Below, piece after piece: positions 36,170 through 41,308 of a DNA stretch of 41,308 bases. Origin of the DNA: Candidatus Kapaibacterium sp. (GTDB lineage Bacteria; Bacteroidota; Ignavibacteria; Kapaibacteriales; Kapaibacteriaceae); the NCBI GenBank assembly GCA_032117915.1, contig JAULYI010000181.1, positions 1-41,308 on the forward strand, read 5' to 3'. The stretch's first letter is position 1; the number at the start of each line of letters is the position of its first letter. A program made the translations under genes and the position numbers. A model generated the notes under the pieces. That model ran no database searches, had not been told where the DNA came from, and worked only from the letters and a program-made list of their open reading frames with translations.

Positions 36170-37179
36170 CAGGACTCCTGCATGGGCAGTGCAACGATCG
36201 TTGCCGCATGCTCTGCAGCGTCGGTGCGGACGATGATGTCCGTGTCCGGCAACGCATGCTCGTGTCGGACGTAGGCCAGGCCGTAGTAAAGCGGCGTGCG
36301 CGCGCCACGGACCATGCTGGTGATGCGGCCGACGTCGGCACCTTCGATGAAGACGGCACCACCGACGGTCAACGGCTGGCTGGATGTGACGCCGACGATG
36401 CGCTGCTTGACCTTGTTGTAGGTGTCAAGGCGGGCAACCACTTCCTGTCCGATGTAGCAGCCCTTGGCAAAGCTCACCATGTGCAGCAGGCCGGCCTCCA
36501 GCGGGTTATAGGACTCGGTCCACTCCGCGCCCAGCCGACCCATACCGCCTATCACACGAAGGTAGTCTGCTTCGGCATCGTTCAGCACCGTAATGGCACC
36601 CTCGTCGAACGGCAACGGTGTGCCAACCGGCAGGATCGTACGGTAGGACAGCTCGCAGACCGACGGAATGCGCATTGTTCTGCATGCAGCGCCGTCGATG
36701 GTATGGTCCACCCACCCGCAGAGCGGAAGAGTGGCCACATCGATCTGTAGCAGTGTCGCAATGGCCTGTGGTGCCTGCGGTCCCATCCAGTCGATGGCCA
36801 TGCCCTCGGCACTGTGGTCAGACACCTGCACATCATCCATGATGATGTAGTTTCGTAGCCACTGTCGAACACGTGCGGCATTGCCGTCGGAACACAGCAG
36901 CATCGTCTCCTGTTCGTCGTGCAGCACGGCCAGCACATCGATGATCCGCGCCTTATCCGTCAGCAGGACCGTATGCTTGCCTGCACCGGGTCGCAACGAG
37001 ACGACATCGTTCGTGGTGAGTCGCTGCAACAGGTCGAGTCTGTCGATGCCGCGCATGCGCAGCCAGCCGACAGATGGCCTTCGGTACATGACTGCGTGGT
37101 GGTAGGCAGCTTCGATGGCGTCGATGCGCACGTCATCAACGGTCACATTCTCTTTTTCGGCATTGGTCACATGAGACAT
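36169..37179 (-). CDS. ygfZ: Folate-binding Fe-S cluster/tRNA-modification protein YgfZ (GcvT family); start uncertain
   Basis: G.DRLDLLQRLTTND, LTDKARII, NPLEAGL, signature SFAKGCYIGQEVVARL. Confidence 0.88.
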   Translation of the reverse strand: MSHVTNAEKENVTVDDVRIDAIEAAYHHAVMYRRPSVGWLRMRGIDRLDLLQRLTTNDVVSLRPGAGKHTVLLTDKARIIDVLAVLHDEQETMLLCSDGNAARVRQWLRNYIIMDDVQVSDHSAEGMAIDWMGPQAPQAIATLLQIDVATLPLCGWVDHTIDGAACRTMRIPSVCELSYRTILPVGTPLPFDEGAITVLNDAEADYLRVIGGMGRLGAEWTESYNPLEAGLLHMVSFAKGCYIGQEVVARLDTYNKVKQRIVGVTSSQPLTVGGAVFIEGADVGRITSMVRGARTPLYYGLAYVRHEHALPDTDIIVRTDAAEHAATIVALPMQES

Positions 37180-39198
37180 TACACAAGCCTTCGTCGGTTC
37201 CTGGTGGTGATGCTTGCCATCGTTGTCAGCGATGTTGCGAGCGATATAACGAATCTCGGCCGTATTCCGTGCCTGGCACAGACACAGCCGTATCGCATCC
37301 GCTTTGTCGACAAAGGGCCGTCACCCTTCGAACCGGGAACGCCGCTCTACGAGCAGACGCTTGCCACCTTCCATGCTGATGCCATTGCACGACGTCAACG
37401 GATGGGACTTTCGCCCGTGCTCTCGGAGCGCGACCGTCCGGTCCATGCCGACTACGTCAACCAGTTGACGTCGCTCGGCGTCCGCGTGCTTGCCACGTCC
37501 AACTGGCGTAACCTGGTCATTGCCGAGCTCGATTCGGCGCAGGCTGCAGCCCTGCAGCAAGGGTCTCGTCCGTGGACCGTCGAACCCATCGCATCATCAC
37601 CCTACGTGCCCTTTGCCCAGACCACGGCCACCGAGGCAGCCCTGCCCGACTGCTGGCCACCCTATTACGGCTCGTCGCTCATCACCACCACCACCGTCGG
37701 TGCCCTTGGCCTGCATGAGGCCGGAGTCTATGGGCAGGGGGCAGTGATCGGCCTGATCGACAATGGCTTCCGGAGGTCTCTGCCGCCGTTCGGCCATTTG
37801 ACGGTCCGCGGTGAATACGATGCGATCTATGGCGACAGCTCGACGTCCAACGACTCACTCGATAAACCCGATCAGGATGGTCACGGCACGCTGGTGCTGT
37901 CCGTTGCCGGCGGCTACTGGAAAGACTCCATCGTTGGCGTTGCGCCTGCGGCGACCTACCTGCTGGCAAAGTCCGAAGACATGCGCTGGGAGCGCCGCAT
38001 CGAAGAGGATCACTATGCGCTTGCCGTGGAGTGGATGGAGCGGAAGGGTGCCGACATCATCTCGTCATCACTCGGCTATCTGACCTATGACTCGCTGCAG
38101 CGACAGACGACGTACGACGACCTTGACGGGTCAACAACGACGGCCGCCCAGGCCGTCAACATGGCTTCGACCTTCGGTGTGATCTGCGTGACGGCCGCCG
38201 GCAACAGCGGCCCGGCCAGCCGCAGTATCATCACGCCCGCCGATGCCGACAGTGTTGTTGCCGTCGGCGGCGTCCTCCGCAGCGGCCGGCCGTGGGGCAG
38301 ATCCTCAAGCGGTCCGACCATCGACGGTCGCATCAAACCCGACGTAGCAGCCCTCGGTGCCAAGGTGCCGTGTGCCGGCACGGGCGAGCAACCGATGGTT
38401 GCGGCAGACGGTACATCGCTTGCCACGCCGGCAATCGCCGGTGCCTTTGCGTTGCTGCGAACTATCTATCCCGACGTCGAACCATGGCGCATCCGGCAGG
38501 CCGTGTATGAGTCCGGACCCTATCCCTTTGTGCGCGACAGCGCCGTTGGTCATGGCGCACCCAATACGACGCGCGCAGCACAGCTGCTAGGACCCGGTCC
38601 GGTACGCCCATCGCTGGTGGTGAGCAGCGGCAAGCGCTATGCCATTGCCACGGTCTTCAACGAGACGCCTGTGGCTTGCACGCTACGCGTACGCTCTGTT
38701 GGCGCTACGGAATGGACGTCCATCGCTGCCGCCGTCGAAGCGCATCCGCACTATCTGTTTCCGCTGGATGACAACGCTGGCACGGTCGATATCGAATATC
38801 AACTCGAGGCATCGGCTGGCATACGCCGTCGCACGTGGCCTGCGGAAGGCGTTGCGCTCTTCCCTGCCACCGGAACGGATATCAGCTGCGGATCCCAAGT
38901 GCCGCAGCTCGTCACATCGGTCGCTGCCGAAGCCATCGTCCATGACCTCGTAGCCGTACCGAACGTCATCACGGACCGACAGCAGCGTCTGCGTCTGGTC
39001 GGCCTTGTCGGACGTGCCACCGCCGTCCATGTCATCCACGTTCCCCTCGGTACTGCCTCGGCCGTCCACTGGAGTCCGACCTTCGGCAATGCCGCCGTGA
39101 TGATCGACGTGCAGGCCCTGGCATCGGGCCGGTACATGGCCGTGGTAACGACGGACGAAGGACGTACCATCACTGCCCCCTTCATCGTCCTCGAGTAA
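37171..39198 (+). CDS. Secreted S8 subtilisin-like serine peptidase with T9SS-like C-terminal domain; start uncertain
   Basis: Triad IGLIDNG, GHGTLV, DGTSLATP. Oxyanion AAGNSG. ADIISSSLGY, DGRIKPDV. C-terminal VTSV..VPN..LASGRYMAVV. Confidence 0.9.
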   Translation: MRHYTSLRRFLVVMLAIVVSDVASDITNLGRIPCLAQTQPYRIRFVDKGPSPFEPGTPLYEQTLATFHADAIARRQRMGLSPVLSERDRPVHADYVNQLTSLGVRVLATSNWRNLVIAELDSAQAAALQQGSRPWTVEPIASSPYVPFAQTTATEAALPDCWPPYYGSSLITTTTVGALGLHEAGVYGQGAVIGLIDNGFRRSLPPFGHLTVRGEYDAIYGDSSTSNDSLDKPDQDGHGTLVLSVAGGYWKDSIVGVAPAATYLLAKSEDMRWERRIEEDHYALAVEWMERKGADIISSSLGYLTYDSLQRQTTYDDLDGSTTTAAQAVNMASTFGVICVTAAGNSGPASRSIITPADADSVVAVGGVLRSGRPWGRSSSGPTIDGRIKPDVAALGAKVPCAGTGEQPMVAADGTSLATPAIAGAFALLRTIYPDVEPWRIRQAVYESGPYPFVRDSAVGHGAPNTTRAAQLLGPGPVRPSLVVSSGKRYAIATVFNETPVACTLRVRSVGATEWTSIAAAVEAHPHYLFPLDDNAGTVDIEYQLEASAGIRRRTWPAEGVALFPATGTDISCGSQVPQLVTSVAAEAIVHDLVAVPNVITDRQQRLRLVGLVGRATAVHVIHVPLGTASAVHWSPTFGNAAVMIDVQALASGRYMAVVTTDEGRTITAPFIVLE

Positions 39199-39203
39199 GT
39201 GCC

Positions 39204-39833
39204 ATGCCACACATGCTGATCACCGGAGCCTACGGCGGACTGGGTCGATACGTTGCCGAAGCGGCCACACAGGCCGGATGGACGCTGATCACGCCGCGCT
39301 CGACGGAGGTCGACCTGCGGTCGCATGACGCCATGCAGGCGTTTGCCGGGAGCCTTCCCGACGATCTTCGGGCTGTGGTCCACCTTGTCGGTGGTATCAC
39401 CGCAGGCAAGACCGTCGAGGAGACCGCGCCGGAAGACGTGGCGGCCATGTTCGAACTCAATGTGACAACGACATTCAACGTGCTGCTTGCCACACTGCCC
39501 ATGCTCAAGCATCACGGCGGCAGCGTCGTCACCATCGGTGCACGCGATGTCCTGCACCCGCTGGGCAATCGTGCGGCCTACGCTTCGTCAAAGGCCGCCG
39601 TAGCATCGCTTACGCAGGTCATCGCCGAAGAAGGTCGTGCACATGGCGTGCGCGCCAACTGCATTCTGCCGGGAATCATCCGCACAGAGGCGAACCTCTC
39701 ATGGGCGGACGACGCAACGGTAGCGCTGATGGTAGCACCGGAACAGATCGCCGCCACCATCGTCGACCTTTGTCGAGACTCCAATGCCGTAAGCGGTGCC
39801 ATCATCCCCATGTATGGGGGCTTTCCCTACTGA
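39204..39833 (+). CDS. Short-chain dehydrogenase/reductase
   Basis: ITGAYGGLG, YASSK, RANCILPGIIRT.AN, VSGAIIP.YG. Confidence 0.88.
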   Translation: MPHMLITGAYGGLGRYVAEAATQAGWTLITPRSTEVDLRSHDAMQAFAGSLPDDLRAVVHLVGGITAGKTVEETAPEDVAAMFELNVTTTFNVLLATLPMLKHHGGSVVTIGARDVLHPLGNRAAYASSKAAVASLTQVIAEEGRAHGVRANCILPGIIRTEANLSWADDATVALMVAPEQIAATIVDLCRDSNAVSGAIIPMYGGFPY

Positions 39834-39847
39834 CCAACGAAGGACGC

Positions 39848-41308
39848 ATGGCCAGACGCCGAGCCTCTTCCACCAGCGACGTGCGCGTTGATAGCGCTAC
39901 GGCCAAACGTCAGCTGCGCTTCCTGCTCTCCTACTACCGTCCCTACGCCGGACGCATGATCGCGAGCGTACTCGTCATGCTGCCGTCGAGCGGTATCACG
40001 CTGCTGTTCCCGCGGTTGACGGGCGATCTGATCGACAGGATCACGGCAGCGCCGACAACGAATAGTCTGTACGAGATCGGTGGCATCTTCCTAGCCCTGC
40101 TCACGGCACAGGCCATCACGGGTTACATCGTGAACACCACCATGTCGCGCACCACGGAGCGCGTGATCGCAGCACTCCGCACAGACCTGTTCGGTCGCAT
40201 CGTCATGCTGCCCATGCACGTGATCGGCGGACATCGTGTGGGCGAATTGTCATCACGGTTATCGTCGGATCTGACGCAGATCCAGGAGACCTTCTCGTTC
40301 TCGATCCTGCAGCTGATGCGCCAGGGTATCTTCCTTGTTGGCAGCATCGTCATCATCGTTGGTACGAGTCTGCAGCTGACCATTCCCATTCTGCTTGGCA
40401 CACCGGTCATCGTTGGTCTTGCCGTGCTGATCGGACGCAAGATCCGAGCGTTGAGCACGCAGACGCAGGACGCGCTGGCGCGTACCTCCACCATCGTCGA
40501 AGAGACCCTGCAAAGCATCTCGTCCGTGAAGTCTTTTGTGCAGGAGCGCTACGAGATCGACCGCTACGGAGATGCGTTAGGCGAGAATATGCTACTGGCG
40601 ATCCGTGGTGCACGGCTGCGCGCCGGCTTCGTCACCTTCATCATCTTTACGATGTTCGGCGGCATCGCCGCCGTCATCCTGTACGGTGCCAACCTCGTTG
40701 CTACCGGTGCTGTGTCCATGGGCCAGCTGCTGTCCTTCCTGATGTATGCCATGTTCGTTGGTGGCGCCTTGGGAAGCTTTGCAGAGCTGATCGGACAGGT
40801 ACAGAAAACGCTCGGCTCGTCGGTCCGCATCCGCGAGCTGCTGACGTCCGACACAGAAACGCTCGGTCTGGACGCTCCGGCGGTCACACTGCGGTCGGTC
40901 GCCCTCGAGCATGTCTCGTTCGCCTATCCCGAGCGTCCGGACACGCCGGTGCTCGACGGTGTCAGTCTGCGTATCGACGCCGGAGAGCGCGTTGCCTTTG
41001 TGGGTGAGAGCGGTGCCGGCAAGAGCACGACGGCAGCCCTCATTCAGCGACTCTACCTGCCTACGGCAGGCGTCATTCGCTATGATGGTCAGGATGCCGG
41101 CGAGCTAACCCTGGCGCAGATCCGCCGCAACATCGGCGTCGTCCCGCAGGACATCGTCCTTTTCGGTGGCACCATCGAAGCTAACATCCGGTACGGACGT
41201 CAGGACGCTACGCACGAAGAGGTAATCGAGGCGGCGCGTGCAGCGAATGCCCTGGAGTTCATCGAACGATTCCCCGAGAACTTCGCGGCCCTAGTGGGCG
41301 AACGCGGC
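39848..41308 (+). CDS. ABC exporter, fused permease/ATPase (MsbA-like), 3'-truncated by window edge; absent from the ORF track
   Basis: Manual translation from ATG 39848 (after GAAGGA) is open to the window end. TM domain with RVGELSSRLSSD, then VSFAYPERPD, Walker A GESGAGKST, Q-loop VVPQD..LF.GTI..NIRYG, ending at VGERG just before the ABC signature. Confidence 0.93.
   Translation, partial: MARRRASSTSDVRVDSATAKRQLRFLLSYYRPYAGRMIASVLVMLPSSGITLLFPRLTGDLIDRITAAPTTNSLYEIGGIFLALLTAQAITGYIVNTTMSRTTERVIAALRTDLFGRIVMLPMHVIGGHRVGELSSRLSSDLTQIQETFSFSILQLMRQGIFLVGSIVIIVGTSLQLTIPILLGTPVIVGLAVLIGRKIRALSTQTQDALARTSTIVEETLQSISSVKSFVQERYEIDRYGDALGENMLLAIRGARLRAGFVTFIIFTMFGGIAAVILYGANLVATGAVSMGQLLSFLMYAMFVGGALGSFAELIGQVQKTLGSSVRIRELLTSDTETLGLDAPAVTLRSVALEHVSFAYPERPDTPVLDGVSLRIDAGERVAFVGESGAGKSTTAALIQRLYLPTAGVIRYDGQDAGELTLAQIRRNIGVVPQDIVLFGGTIEANIRYGRQDATHEEVIEAARAANALEFIERFPENFAALVGERG

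Noticed and set aside
9649-37170. ORF-track N-terminal extensions (starts at 9649, 14664, 17074, 19205, 21933, 30112, 33692, 36919)
   Set aside because: They run through terminators or neighbouring genes. Downstream starts give proper signal peptides, SD-like motifs or stop/start overlaps.
1-41308. Prophage, defence island, integron, DGR/retron, tRNA or rRNA
   Set aside because: No integrase, reverse transcriptase, nuclease, phage structural gene or structured-RNA gene signature was recognised. Composition looks uniform and housekeeping-like.

Overview
A 41.3-kb, GC-rich (about 60% by eye), densely coding window of bacterial core chromosome with 29 protein-coding genes, two of them truncated by the window edges. 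Many genes are translationally coupled by ATGA/TGATG overlaps. I found no rRNA, tRNA, CRISPR array, transposase, integrase or phage gene. T9SS-type C-terminal sorting domains, a TonB receptor/DUF4249 pair, the ferredoxin type and repeated TAnnTTTG promoter elements point to Bacteroidota sensu lato, possibly a Kapabacteria/Ignavibacteria-like lineage (inference). Contents in order: meaB (partial), M24 peptidase, TPR protein, M3 peptidase, two ~1300-aa Cys-rich Ig-repeat surface proteins, epimerase, penicillin acylase, pepA, an ECF sigma/anti-sigma/TlpA module, pdp, trmH-like methyltransferase, class V aminotransferase, an RdgB-CMD fusion, DUF4249/TonB receptor, a ferredoxin/amidohydrolase/ATP-grasp-like operon, a REP-like palindrome cluster, a ygfZ/pteridine-reductase-like/LOG/SirB1-like/TPR-TlpA operon, S8 protease, SDR and a partial ABC exporter missing from the ORF track. 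Best candidates for undescribed biology: (i) the RdgB-CMD fusion, (ii) a SigH/SigR-like sigma whose anti-sigma has lost its Zn ligands, spans the membrane and is followed by a TlpA gene, (iii) the ferredoxin/amidohydrolase/ATP-grasp-like operon, and (iv) Bacteroides-type promoters, one embedded in a palindrome and one in a terminator tail. All family calls come from motif recognition only; no database searches were run.
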